Positions 1 through 10,861 are shown, counted from the stretch's first letter. The stretch: 64,000 bases of DNA from Alphaproteobacteria bacterium (GCA_963555825.3 CAUVXB020000001.1:416001-480000), one strand, 5' to 3'. The notes: generated from the letters alone by a model not told the origin. Made by a program: numbers and translations.

Positions 1-636
<636 letters not shown>

Positions 637-850
637 TGAATTGGAATTTGCTTGCCTCGCCGTCCATCGGCGGTCAGTGGCGTCGGGCGTCATATACGAC
701 TTCCAGAGCGAGGAAGTCAATCGAAAGGGTCGCGCTCGAAGCGGTCGGTTGACGGCGACGGTGGTCGAATTCGGCCGTCCGTGGCGGACAGTCGGGGCTT
801 CCTTTGATCCGGCAAGCAGCGTAGCTTTACGGCGGGTGATGGGGAAACGA

Positions 851-3844
851 ATGCGACAATCGTTGGCGACCATCGCGCTGGTCCTGGGACTCTCGGCGCC
901 GGCGCTTGCCGGCACCGGCCACGACCGCGCGGTCGTGGCCGGCGCGGGCACAGCGGATGCTGCGGCAGCGCTCCGTCTCGCCCAGCTCGCCGCGACCGGC
1001 GACGCGCGGGTGGCGATCGACTTCGGCACGTATTTCGCGTTGGTCATCGGCAACCAGGAATACAAGAACCTCGCAGACGTGCCGTCCGCACGCGACGACG
1101 CCGACGGCATCGCCGAGGTGTTGACCGAGCGCTTCGGCTTTCAGGTCGAGCTGTTGCTCGATGCATCGCGCTACGAGATCATCTCGGCGCTCGCCGCGCT
1201 GCGCCGCGAACTCGAGGAAACCGACAACCTGCTCATCTACTATGCCGGCCACGGCCATCTCGACATCGAATCGGAGGAGGGCTACTGGCTGCCGGTCGAC
1301 GCCGAGCCGGACAATTCGGTCAACTGGGTGTCGAACAGCACAATGACCGGTTTGATCCGGGCGGTGCGCGCCAAGCACGTCATCGTCATCGCCGATTCGA
1401 CGTATTCCGGCCGGCTGACGCGCAACGTCGACGCTGATTTGATGACCGGGACGGAACAGGACGCCTGGATTGCGCGCATGGTGCTGCACCGCTCGCGCAC
1501 GGCAATGACCTCGGGATCGGCGAAGCCGGTGCCGCACCCGATCGGCGGCCCTAATTCGGTGTTCGCGCGCGCGCTGTTGGAGACATTTCGCGAGATGACC
1601 CGGCCGTCCGATGGCCAGACGGTGTTCGATGCCATCAAGCGGCCGGTCGTGCTCAACGCCGACCGCACGCCGCAATACGCCAATCTCAACAAGGCGGGTC
1701 ACGATGGCGGCGATTTCGTCTTCGTGCCGTTACTCGCCAGCCTGGCGCCCGGCGACGTAACCGAGGCCGTGGTGTTGCTTCCGCCGCCGGCCTTGGCGCC
1801 GGTGCCCGAGGCGCCGCTCGCCGACGCCGAGACGATCGAGCTGGTCTTCTGGCAGTCGGTCGCCAACAGTTCCAGCGCCGCCGACTACCAGGCCTATCTC
1901 GACCAGTATCCCGACGGTATCTTCGCGCCCCTCGCGCAAGGGCGGATCAACGAACTCGGCGGCGCCGCAGCGCCCACGATGCCAGCGCTCGATACGGGTC
2001 CGGGCATCATCGAGCAGGCGTTCTGGGACGCGGTCGCCGACAGCGGCAATTCGCTGGATCTCGAGGCCTATCTGCAGCAGTACCCGAACGGCCATTTCGC
2101 CGAGACCTCGCGCGCCATGCTCGAAGAGATTGCGCGCGCCGAGGCGGTTGAGGCGGAGGGTGAGCGCCTCGCCGCCGAAGAAGCCGAGAGCCAGCGGCTG
2201 GCGGCGGAAGAGGCCGAGCGCATCCGGTTGCAGGCCGAGGCCGACGCGCGCCAACGTCTCGCGGCGGAAGAGGCCGAACGCCAGCGGCGCGCGGCGGAAG
2301 AAGCCGAGCGTCAGCGGTTGGCGGCGCAAGAGGCCGAGCGCCAGCGCCTGGCCGCCGAGACCGAGGCCGAACGCCAGCGTCTCGCCGCCGAAGAAGCCGA
2401 GCGCCAGCGTCTCGCGGCGCAAGAGGCCGAGCGTCAGCGGCTGGCGGCGGAAGAGGCCGAGCGCCAGCGCGTCGCCGCCGAAGAAGCCGAGCGGAAACGT
2501 TGGATGGCGGAAGCCGAACGCCAGCGTCTCGCGGCGCAAGAGGCCGCACGCAAGCGGATCGCGGCGCAAGAGGCCGAGCGTCAGCGCCTCGCCGCCGAGG
2601 CAGCGGAGCAACAGCGTCTAGCCGCCGCGACCGAGGCCGAGCGCCAGCGTCTCGCCGCCGAGGAAGCGGAGCGCCAACGCCTCGCGGCGCTAGAGGCCGA
2701 GCGCCAACGCCTGGCGATCGAGGAGACGGAGCGCGAGCGGCGCGCCGCGGAGGCCGAGGCTGAACGCCAACGGCTGGTGGTGCAAGAAGCGGAACGCAAG
2801 CGCCTCGCGGCCGAGGAGGTGGAACGCCGACGCAGGGCGGCGGAAGAGGCCGAACACCTGCGTCTTGCCGCGCACGAATCCGAACGCCAAATGCGTCTCG
2901 CCGAAGAGGAGGCCGAGCGGCAGCGTCTCGCCGCCGAGGCCGCCAAGCGCCAGCGCCTGCTGGCCGCGGAGGCCGAACGACAGCGCCTCGCGGCGGAAGT
3001 GGCCGAGCGCCGACGTCTCGCGGCGCTAGAGGCCGAACGGAAACGCCTCGCGGCCGAGGAGGCCGAGCGTCAGCGTCTCGCCGCCGAGGCCGCCGAGCAC
3101 CAGCGCCAACTCGCCGCGGAGGCCGAGCGCAAACGGCGCGCCGCCGAACAGACGGCAAAGGAGAATGCCGAGGCGCAGGCGAAGGAGATGAAGACGGCTG
3201 CGTTCGCTCCGTCGGCGGCGGTTACGCCCAAGCAGACCTTCATGGCGAACACCGGCAAGAATATCCCGCCGATCGCCGCGCCGATGTATCTGACCGCCTA
3301 CGCCAGCGTCGTCACCGGCCGGAGCGCCAACGCGATCAAGCCGCTCAGGCACTTGGTCGAGGCCGACCCGGCGCTCGCCGACGTGCACAACGCCCTCGCG
3401 CTCGCCCTGTTCACGGCAGATCCGAACGACGACGCGCTCGCGCTCGAACACGCCGATATCGCGCTTGCGCTGGCCCCCGACGTGCCGCAGTTCGCTGTCA
3501 CGCGCGTTTTGACCGATCGCAAGCAGTGGAAGATCGCCGCCGACGGCACCGCCCGCCTGACGGCCGCCGCCGCGCGCAGCCTGAAGAAGACCGCGAACGT
3601 GCTGGTGACGATGCGCAGCAACGCAAGGAAGCTCGGCAAGCTCCTGTCCGCCATCGAACAGAGCGGCGGCGATGCCGAGTATCCCTTTGTCTTGCCAGGC
3701 TACACGACGCTGATCAAGAACCCCAAACTCGGCTTCACGCGGCCCAGTGACAAGGCTTTCAGGACCGCCCAAAAGGCGATCGAGCAGAAGATCATCGCGC
3801 TCCGGCAACGGATGATCGCTGGCGAAGAAGGCGTCGCGAACTGA
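851..3844 (+). CDS. Exported caspase-family (peptidase C14-like) protein with catalytic Cys replaced by Thr, a long charged helical repeat and a C-terminal TPR-like region
   Basis: Signal peptide; ALVIGNQEY, YYAGHG and IADSTYSG motifs; two FW..V...Y..YL.QYP.G.FA repeats; many AAEEAERQRL repeats; start chosen at ATG 851 within ORF 641..3844. Confidence 0.85.
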   Translation: MRQSLATIALVLGLSAPALAGTGHDRAVVAGAGTADAAAALRLAQLAATGDARVAIDFGTYFALVIGNQEYKNLADVPSARDDADGIAEVLTERFGFQVELLLDASRYEIISALAALRRELEETDNLLIYYAGHGHLDIESEEGYWLPVDAEPDNSVNWVSNSTMTGLIRAVRAKHVIVIADSTYSGRLTRNVDADLMTGTEQDAWIARMVLHRSRTAMTSGSAKPVPHPIGGPNSVFARALLETFREMTRPSDGQTVFDAIKRPVVLNADRTPQYANLNKAGHDGGDFVFVPLLASLAPGDVTEAVVLLPPPALAPVPEAPLADAETIELVFWQSVANSSSAADYQAYLDQYPDGIFAPLAQGRINELGGAAAPTMPALDTGPGIIEQAFWDAVADSGNSLDLEAYLQQYPNGHFAETSRAMLEEIARAEAVEAEGERLAAEEAESQRLAAEEAERIRLQAEADARQRLAAEEAERQRRAAEEAERQRLAAQEAERQRLAAETEAERQRLAAEEAERQRLAAQEAERQRLAAEEAERQRVAAEEAERKRWMAEAERQRLAAQEAARKRIAAQEAERQRLAAEAAEQQRLAAATEAERQRLAAEEAERQRLAALEAERQRLAIEETERERRAAEAEAERQRLVVQEAERKRLAAEEVERRRRAAEEAEHLRLAAHESERQMRLAEEEAERQRLAAEAAKRQRLLAAEAERQRLAAEVAERRRLAALEAERKRLAAEEAERQRLAAEAAEHQRQLAAEAERKRRAAEQTAKENAEAQAKEMKTAAFAPSAAVTPKQTFMANTGKNIPPIAAPMYLTAYASVVTGRSANAIKPLRHLVEADPALADVHNALALALFTADPNDDALALEHADIALALAPDVPQFAVTRVLTDRKQWKIAADGTARLTAAAARSLKKTANVLVTMRSNARKLGKLLSAIEQSGGDAEYPFVLPGYTTLIKNPKLGFTRPSDKAFRTAQKAIEQKIIALRQRMIAGEEGVAN
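2140..3170 (+). repeat. Coding tandem repeat (~30-bp unit) encoding (A/Q)EEAERQRLA
   Basis: Degenerate units such as gaggccgagcgccagcgtctcgccgccgaa, all in frame. Confidence 0.9.
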
Positions 3845-3868
3845 CGCAGCAACCAGGGAGATCGAGCC

Positions 3869-4255
3869 ATGATCGTAAAGACGGCCGAGGACATCGTCGG
3901 CGGCAAGGGCGACACGACGCTTAGTGGCGGCAACGCCCGCACACTACGCTACTTGCTGCGCGACGACGGTGTCGGATTCACCGCCTCCGACATCCGCGTC
4001 GGCGCCGGCGGCGAAAAGGTGCTGTGGTACAAGAACCACATCGAGGCCAATCTCGTAATCGAGGGCGAGGGCACGGTCGAGGACATGGCCACCGGCACGG
4101 TCTACGACCTCAAGCCCGGCACCATCTACGTGCTCGACAAGCACGACAGACACTGCATCCGCTCCAAGACAGCGATGCGCCTGATCTGCGTCTTCACCCC
4201 GCCGCTGGTCGGCGGCGAGGTGCACGACGAGGACGGCGCCTATCCACTGCTCTAG
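3869..4255 (+). CDS. ectC: Ectoine synthase (orphan, cupin fold)
   Basis: WYKNHIEAN..IEGEG and PGTIYVLDKHDRH cupin motifs; C-terminal VFTPPLVGGEVHDEDGAY; no ectAB in the window. Confidence 0.88.
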   Translation: MIVKTAEDIVGGKGDTTLSGGNARTLRYLLRDDGVGFTASDIRVGAGGEKVLWYKNHIEANLVIEGEGTVEDMATGTVYDLKPGTIYVLDKHDRHCIRSKTAMRLICVFTPPLVGGEVHDEDGAYPLL

Positions 4256-4269
4256 ACCGTTCCCAGCAC

Positions 4270-4674
4270 ATGGCCGAGAACGAAGCGGTGCTGTTCGCCA
4301 ACGAGGCGTTCTATCGCGCCTTCGCCGACGGCGACCTGGCGGCGATGGATGCGGTGTGGGCGTCGGTTGCGCCGGTCGCCTGCATTCATCCCGGCTGGAA
4401 CCTGCTCGACGGCCGCGAGGCGGTGATGGCGAGCTGGCGTGCGATCCTGGACAGCCCCAACCGTCCCGACATTTCGAGCGTCGGCGGCGCGGCGACGACT
4501 TACGGCGACACCGCCGTCGTCACCTGCTACGAGGCGGTCGGCGAGGGCTATCTGGTCGCGACAAACATCTTCATCCGCGAGGCCGGCGCCTGGAAGATGG
4601 TGCACCATCAGGCCGGACCGACCCCGCCGCCCACGCTCGAGGCATCGGGCGACACGGCGCCGGCCGTGCATTGA
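4270..4674 (+). CDS. SnoaL/NTF2-like family protein
   Basis: ANEAFYRAF..GDLAAMDAVW..CIHPGW...ATNIF...WKMVHHQA. Confidence 0.85.
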   Translation: MAENEAVLFANEAFYRAFADGDLAAMDAVWASVAPVACIHPGWNLLDGREAVMASWRAILDSPNRPDISSVGGAATTYGDTAVVTCYEAVGEGYLVATNIFIREAGAWKMVHHQAGPTPPPTLEASGDTAPAVH

Positions 4675-4839
4675 GCACGCGGGTGTTCGTCGGATTTGGC
4701 GAAAAGCGTTTGAGACTGTATAGTTAAGCTTGGTGTCCGGCATTCGGGGCGATCGCCTCGGCCGGGCATGCGTTGGATCAATGCGCCGCCGGATACGGAC
4801 CAGCGTCCGGCGGCGGCACTACCCGGAGATACGGTCGGC

Positions 4840-5463
4840 ATGATCAACCGTCGCTTGATACTTACATTGGCACTGGTCGCGATGACCGGCATCGCCGGCG
4901 CCGCCTACGCCACGGCGCAACCCGGCAACGCGTCGCAGTTCATCCATCAGCTCGGCAACCAGGCGATTACCACCCTGCAGACGTCCGGCATCACGCTAGA
5001 GGAACGCGAGGCGCGCTTCCGCGGCATCTTGCGCCAGGGCTTCGACCTGCCCTTCATCGGTCGCTTCGTGCTTGGTCGCTATTGGAAGCAGACCGCGCCC
5101 GATGTTCGTGCCGACTATCTGAACCTGTTCAGCGAGTACTTGGTGCAGATCTATTCGGCGCGGCTTGGCGGCTATGCCGGCGAAACTCTGTCGGTGCTCG
5201 CCGAACGGCCGGCCGGCGCCAAGGACGTCGTCGTCAGCACGCGCATCGTACGCCCCTCGGGACCGCCGATCACGGCCGAGTGGCGGGTGCGCGTCACCGA
5301 CAACCGCCTGCGCATCATCGACGTTTCGGTCGAGGGCGTCAGCATGGTGGTGACCCAGCGCTCGGAATTTGCGTCGGTCATCCAGCGCAACGGCGTCGAG
5401 GGGCTGATCGAGGTGGTGCGCGCGCGCACCACCAAGATGTCGGTCACCGCGGCGGTCAATTGA
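4840..5463 (+). CDS. mlaC: MlaC/Ttg2D phospholipid-binding periplasmic protein
   Basis: Signal peptide; FDLPFIGRFVLGRYW and IIDVSVEGVSMVVTQRSEF. Confidence 0.85.
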   Translation: MINRRLILTLALVAMTGIAGAAYATAQPGNASQFIHQLGNQAITTLQTSGITLEEREARFRGILRQGFDLPFIGRFVLGRYWKQTAPDVRADYLNLFSEYLVQIYSARLGGYAGETLSVLAERPAGAKDVVVSTRIVRPSGPPITAEWRVRVTDNRLRIIDVSVEGVSMVVTQRSEFASVIQRNGVEGLIEVVRARTTKMSVTAAVN

Positions 5464-5521
5464 GTGGGTGGCGAAGATGAAAGCATCGGGACGGGTTGTC
5501 GAAAGTATGAGGATTGAAGAC

Positions 5522-6349
5522 ATGAAGATTGGTTTGACGAGAAACCTGGGCCGCGCCGCCGCGCCCGTGGCGTTCGCCGTGGCGCTCGCCGCGACGCCCG
5601 CGCTGGCCGATTTCACCGACGGCTGGCAGGCCTATCAGAAGGCAGATTTCGGCGCCGCGCTCGAGGAATGGCGGCCGCTCGCCGACGCCGGCGACGCACA
5701 GGCGCAGTTCGCCATCGGCACGATGTACGACCAGGGCAAGGGCGTCGAATGGGATCAGGCGACGGCGGTCGCCTGGTGGCTCAAGGCGGCCGACCAGAAC
5801 TTCGCGCCCGCCCAGCACAACCTCGCCAACAGCTACATCGCGGGCGACGGCGTGCCGCAGGACTACGCCATGGCGATCAAGTGGCTCGAGGCGGCGGGCG
5901 ACCAGGGCCAGGCGCGTTCGAAATACACGCTCGGCAAGATGTACAGCTACGGCCTGGGCGTCCCCAAGGACCAGACGGTCGCCTTCAACTGGTTCGTCGA
6001 GGCGGCCGAGGACGGCTATGTCCGCGCGCAGTACAATCTCGGCAAGATGTACCGTGACGGCCTGGGCGTCGATCAGGACTACGCAGCAGCGGTCGAGTGG
6101 TACCAACTGGCCGCCGACCAGGGCTACGCCAAGGCGCCGGCGAGCCTGGGCAAGCGCTATGCTTTGGGCGAGGGCGTTGACAAGGATTTGGTCCAGGCGC
6201 TGTTCTGGACGTCGCTGGCCGCCGATCAGGGCCTCGAGCGCGCGGTCGTCTCGCGCGACGACATGTCGGCGGACATGACGGCCGAGCAAATCGCCGACGC
6301 CGACGCACTGCTCATCGATACTGTCATCCCCGCCGCCGGCGGCGACTGA
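5522..6349 (+). CDS. Sel1-repeat exported protein
   Basis: Signal peptide then repeated AQ..LG.MY..G.GV.QD...A..W...AA.QG units. Confidence 0.9.
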   Translation: MKIGLTRNLGRAAAPVAFAVALAATPALADFTDGWQAYQKADFGAALEEWRPLADAGDAQAQFAIGTMYDQGKGVEWDQATAVAWWLKAADQNFAPAQHNLANSYIAGDGVPQDYAMAIKWLEAAGDQGQARSKYTLGKMYSYGLGVPKDQTVAFNWFVEAAEDGYVRAQYNLGKMYRDGLGVDQDYAAAVEWYQLAADQGYAKAPASLGKRYALGEGVDKDLVQALFWTSLAADQGLERAVVSRDDMSADMTAEQIADADALLIDTVIPAAGGD

Positions 6350-6420
6350 CCAGCGCGGAGTCGGCCGCAACCGGTCGTCCGTGCCGCGGACCGGCGCGCC
6401 GTGAGTGAGGGGGGAAGCCG

Positions 6421-7671
6421 ATGAGGCAGGCGCGCGTGGAGCGGTTGGCGATTTTCGTCGGTTGCCTGTGCCTGCTTCTGGCGCCCATGACGGCGCGCGC
6501 GGCGTTGCCGCCCCACATCGTCCAGCGCATCCAGCTTGCCGCCCAGGAAAGCCGCTCGCTCGACCAGCGCGACCTTGCGATGGCGCGGATGCTCCAAAGT
6601 GGCGAGCTTGCAACCACGATGGCGCGCCATTCCGGCCGTCATGCCTCGGCGGCAATGAGCGAGGCTGTGGTCGGCTCGATCTCCGAATATCCCTCGCTCG
6701 CCGGCGAGATCGTCGCCACCGCGGTCGCCGTCGCGCCTGGGTTGCGCGACAGCATCGTCAGCAATTCGATCAAGGCGTTCCCGGCCTTCGCGCCGACCAT
6801 CGCCGCCGCCGGTGGCGTATCCGGCGCCGCACCGCCGGCCGGCTATTACGCCCAGACGCCGACCTATTACAGCCAGACACCGACCTATTACGGCCAGGCC
6901 CCCGCGCCGGCCTACGGCTATGGGCAGCCCGTCCAGCCGGCCTTCGGCCAGCAGGCGATGGCGGTCGGCGCGCCGGACATCGACGCGAATTTCACCGAGG
7001 GCGCGGGCGGCACGGGCGAGCGGATCTATGATCCCTTCGAGACCGTCAATCGCGGCACCTTCTTCGTCAATGACGTGCTCGACACCTTTCTGTTCCGGCC
7101 GCTTGCCATCGGTTATCGTTTCGTCACCACCGAAGGCATCCGCCGGTCGAGGCGGAACTTCTTCCTGAATCTCGGCTCGCCGGTCGTGCTCGCCAACGAC
7201 CTGCTGCAGCTCGAGATTGGCGGCGCCGGTGTCACCACCACGCGTTTCGTAATCAACTCGACCATCGGCGTCCTCGGCCTGTTCGAGATGGCCGCGGATT
7301 TCGGCTATGCGCCCCACCACGCCGATTTCGGCCAGACACTGCACAGTTACGGGTCGCAGCCGGGCGCCTATCTGGTGCTGCCGATCCTGGGGCCGAGCAC
7401 CGCGCGCGACGGCGTCGGCACCGCGGTCGACCTGCTCTTCGATCCGTTGTTCTGGCTGCTCGAGCCGTTGCCGAAATTCGGCCTCAACGTCGCCGAGGGT
7501 ACGACCCGGCGCGAGACGCTGATCGAGCCGCTCGACGACCTCAAGGCCGGTTCGGTCGATTACTATTCGGCGTTGCGCAGCGCTTACTATCAGGGCCGCG
7601 CGGTCGAGCTGCGCAAGGGCCGGACGGCCGATAGCAGCAAACTCGACGATCTCTTCGAATCGATGGAATAG
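6421..7671 (+). CDS. mlaA: MlaA/VacJ family protein with long N-terminal extension
   Basis: C-terminal DPFETVNR...FFLNL...RFVINSTIGVLGLF...DFGQTL...YLVLPILGPST.RD. Confidence 0.85.
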   Translation: MRQARVERLAIFVGCLCLLLAPMTARAALPPHIVQRIQLAAQESRSLDQRDLAMARMLQSGELATTMARHSGRHASAAMSEAVVGSISEYPSLAGEIVATAVAVAPGLRDSIVSNSIKAFPAFAPTIAAAGGVSGAAPPAGYYAQTPTYYSQTPTYYGQAPAPAYGYGQPVQPAFGQQAMAVGAPDIDANFTEGAGGTGERIYDPFETVNRGTFFVNDVLDTFLFRPLAIGYRFVTTEGIRRSRRNFFLNLGSPVVLANDLLQLEIGGAGVTTTRFVINSTIGVLGLFEMAADFGYAPHHADFGQTLHSYGSQPGAYLVLPILGPSTARDGVGTAVDLLFDPLFWLLEPLPKFGLNVAEGTTRRETLIEPLDDLKAGSVDYYSALRSAYYQGRAVELRKGRTADSSKLDDLFESME

Positions 7672-7765
7672 GACGCCATTCCGCGGCGCGCTGCGGCGCG
7701 CCCCGCTCGCCATTTTCTAATCGAGCCAGACACCTTTTTAATTCTTTGATGTCAGGTATATTAAA

Positions 7766-9407
7766 CCCGCATTTCCCAAGTATCGTCGATATTCAGTGCG
7801 GCGAGAAGGCGATTCTGCTATAAGAATCATGAAGTTGTAGCATACATGGAGCGGCGGATATGGCACACCCGATGGGTGAATCGAAACCGGGGTGCCTTCG
7901 GGTCGTTTTTGACCGTCGATTGAAGCTTGAATTCCACGGTTCCAAGATCACCTCTGATGCCGGGTTGCTCGCCTACCGGGAGCTTGACGATGCCCTCGGC
8001 CTGACTGAGATGGCCGAGGGTGTTTTCCAGGATAGCCGTACCGGCAAGAACGGATGGCACGGCATGACGGGTCAGTTTCGCCAGTCCGTTTTCGGGCGCC
8101 TTGGCGGCTATGACGATGTGAACGACGCCGACCGTCTGGGACGCGATCCCGCCATGCGCTGGATTGTTGGCGGCAAGGCCATCGAAAGACAGGCCGCTTC
8201 CACCAGCCAGATGGGACGCTTCGAGACGGAGCTATTGGCCACCGACGAGAACGTTGAAGCCTTGGTCGACATGAACGGGGTGTGGATCGACAAGGTTCAT
8301 GACCGCCATCCGCCGAAGATGATCATTCTCGACATGGACAGCAGCGTCAGCCCGACCCATGGCGAACAAGAGGGAACAGCGTACAATGGTCACTTCGGCT
8401 GTACCTGCTAGCATCCGCTATTCCTGTTCAACCAGTTCGGCGACTTGGAGAGATGTTCCCTGCGCCCCGGTAATGTTCACAGTGCCGACGGATGGCGGAA
8501 TGTTCTGGAGCCGGTGGTGATGCGCTATAAGGAAAGGAAGGTGCGGCTGTATTTTCGTGGCGATGCCGCCTTCGCCTCACCGGAGATATACGAATATCTC
8601 GAAGCCGAGGGATTACTCTACGTCATCCGCCTCAAAGCGAACGCGATTCTCCAGCGGAACATTGCCCATCTGCTTACGCGACCTGTCGGTCGCCCGCCCG
8701 ACCATGTTCGCCGTTTCCACGCCAGCTTCAGCTATCAGGCCGGATCGTGGAACAAGAAGCGCCGTGTCGTGGCCAAAGTGGAGTGGCACCCCGGCGAGCT
8801 GGTTCCTCGCGTCGGTTTCATCGTCACTAATCTGTCGCGCCCTACCAAGCGGGTGGTGGCGTTCTATAATCACCGTGGCACGGCGGAGCAGCACATCAAG
8901 GAAGGCAAGAACGCCATCAACTGGACCCGTCTGTCATGTCGCAAGTTCCGCAACAATGCCGTTCGGCTCCAGCTTCACGCCCTGGCCTACAATCTGGGCA
9001 ACTTCATGAGGACACTGGCTTTGCCGAAGGAGGTGGAGCACTGGTCGATGACGACGTTGCGCGACAAGCTGGTGAAGATCGGGGCCAAGGTTGTCCGACA
9101 TGGCCGCTACGTTACGTTCCAATTGGCTGAGGTGGCGGTGCCGAGGGACCTGTTCCGGAAAATCCTGAGCTTGATTGATGATCTGCGACGAAGACCCGCT
9201 CCGGCGTAGGCCGAGGGAATCGACGGCGAGGAGAAAGCGACAGGAGAGGTGTGTCTGGATGGCGAGAAAAATGACCGAGTGGCCTTCCAAGCGCGGGCCG
9301 ATTACCAAAATCATGCCATCGGATGGCTGCATAGGGGATACAGTTCCCTTGGCGGTGGGAAAGTGGTACGATTTCCACGAATTTGGATGGTATATGGGGA
9401 ATGTCGG
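7766..9407 (+). mobile_element. IS1380 family insertion sequence
   Basis: Imperfect terminal IRs (cccgcatttccca at 7766; tggggaatgtcgg ending 9407); flanks ttaaa / ttaag; transposase inside. Confidence 0.8.
7860..9209 (+). pseudogene. IS1380 transposase with in-frame TAG at 8409-8411
   Basis: ORFs 7860..8411 and 8445..9209 share one frame (YNGHFGCTC*HPLF, Tyr expected); TSDAG, LDMDSS, RGDAAF and YNHRGTAEQHIKEGK motifs. Confidence 0.88.
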
Positions 9408-9554
9408 TTAAGGGAAATCCCTCGATTATCACCCATTAGGGTGATGACTGGAGCGCGAAATTGGTCAGAATGGGCCTCGGCAAGGCTGACGATCCCTTGC
9501 CGCCCGGGCCGGCGGCCCGGATTACCGAATCATGTAGAGGTTATCGGATATACC

Positions 9555-9585
9555 GAGCCTCGTTCTTCGGAACGGGGCTCTTTGT
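9555..9585 (+). terminator. Intrinsic terminator-like hairpin
   Basis: gagcctcgttc-TTCG-gaacggggctc followed by tttgt. Confidence 0.6.
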
Positions 9586-9652
9586 GCGTGCGCCACGAGG
9601 CGCGGTACCCGCCCGGGACGGGCGGCGGATGACAAGGAAGGAACCAGTGGTC

Positions 9653-9904
9653 ATGGCGTCGAATACGATTCCCTTCCCCAACGCGAGCAAGAAAGCCCAC
9701 GACCAGTCGCCGCCTTGCGACCCGGAAATCGCCGAGCGAACGCGCCGTGCCGTTGCCGAGCTTCAAGGCGCCATGGACGAAGCGGTGCTTGCCGGTCTCG
9801 TCGTCGAGCCTTGCTTCCGCCGCATCGAGCAACGCTTCGCCGGCGACGGCATGTCGATCGATTCCTTCGTCTGCAAGGTCGATATCTATCGAGGGCTCGC
9901 GTAG
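9653..9904 (+). CDS. Small hypothetical protein
   Basis: aggaagga purine tract upstream; 83-aa ORF MASNTIPFP...; plausible codon usage. Confidence 0.6.
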   Translation: MASNTIPFPNASKKAHDQSPPCDPEIAERTRRAVAELQGAMDEAVLAGLVVEPCFRRIEQRFAGDGMSIDSFVCKVDIYRGLA

Positions 9905-9935
9905 CGCAATCGGCCACGCTTCCCGGGGACGCCCC

Positions 9936-10289
9936 ATGTTCGAACGCATCAAGGATTTTCTGTTCGGCCCGGTACCCGAGCGCAGGCAAGAGCCGCGCAT
10001 CGCGGCGGTCGACGGCACGATCGAGATCGACGGCCAGATCTACCCGATCAAGAACTGGAGTTCGGCGGGCTTCCTGGCGACGTCCTGCGCCATCGAGCGC
10101 GACGTCACGGACGGTCTCGACATCCGGTTCCGGGCGCGGCTTGGCCAACAGATGCTCGACATCGCCTGTCGCGCGACCGTCGTCAGGATCGACCCCGACA
10201 GGCGGGTGCTCGCGGGCCGCTTCACCAAGCTGGACGATGCGGCGATGGGCCAGATCGCGCAGCATTTCGCCGCCGGCGCGGCGGCCTGA
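9936..10289 (+). CDS. PilZ-like single-domain protein
   Basis: RRQEPR (RxxxR) and NWSSAG ((D/N)xSxxG) motifs followed by a beta-rich pattern. Confidence 0.7.
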   Translation: MFERIKDFLFGPVPERRQEPRIAAVDGTIEIDGQIYPIKNWSSAGFLATSCAIERDVTDGLDIRFRARLGQQMLDIACRATVVRIDPDRRVLAGRFTKLDDAAMGQIAQHFAAGAAA

Positions 10290-10312
10290 CGCATTGCCGC
10301 GCCGTTCGATCG

Positions 10313-10753
10313 CTAGTCACCCGCGGCGGGCGTCTCCAACTCACCCTGGAACTTGAATCGAAGGTAACGGGGCAGATCGTCGCTGGTCTCGACCCATGAC
10401 AGGCGGTGTGAGCGCCAGATGTGGATGTCGGGCGCGGTCGCCTCGGGTTCGTCGAACGACGCGATGGCGACGTAGATCTCGGGGATCCGCTCGTCGGTGA
10501 GCGTCAACGAGGTGCCGCATCGGCCGCAGAACGTCCGCGTCACGCCCGGCGACGACGGGTGCGCGACGGGCTCGCCGCTGACCATCTCGAAGCCGGCGCG
10601 ATCGTAGGCCGCCCAGGCCATGAGCGGCGCGCCGCTGGCACGCCGGCAACCCCGGCAGTGGCAGAACTCGATCAACACTGCGTCACCGGCGACACGGAAT
10701 CGAACGTCGCCGCAATGGCAGTGGCCCGTGATGCCGTCATCCGTCTTGGACAT
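10313..10753 (-). CDS. GFA/CENP-V family protein
   Basis: GHCHCG, CHCRGCRR, FCGRCGT. Confidence 0.9.
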   Translation of the reverse strand: MSKTDDGITGHCHCGDVRFRVAGDAVLIEFCHCRGCRRASGAPLMAWAAYDRAGFEMVSGEPVAHPSSPGVTRTFCGRCGTSLTLTDERIPEIYVAIASFDEPEATAPDIHIWRSHRLSWVETSDDLPRYLRFKFQGELETPAAGD

Positions 10754-10861
10754 GGCGCGCTTCTCCCCCCAACCCCCGTTCGATCGTCAGTGTATACCAA
10801 CCCGTTCCGCGATAGGCTATACGCTCCCGGAACCGAACGGCACGCAACGGAGGGTGACGCG

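Noticed and set aside
2140-3170. ~30-bp periodic repeats resembling a CRISPR array
   Set aside because: Units are contiguous, degenerate at third codon positions and in frame in a protein; there are no unique spacers or cas genes.
7720-7765. AT-rich patch left of IS1380 as a fourth REP-like copy
   Set aside because: Only a weak cagac..cttttt resemblance and no matching inverted arm.
8409-8411. In-frame TAG as pyrrolysine or programmed readthrough
   Set aside because: It replaces an expected Tyr by one base change, no pyl genes are in the window, and a similar TAA lesion occurs at 17051; simple decay is more likely.
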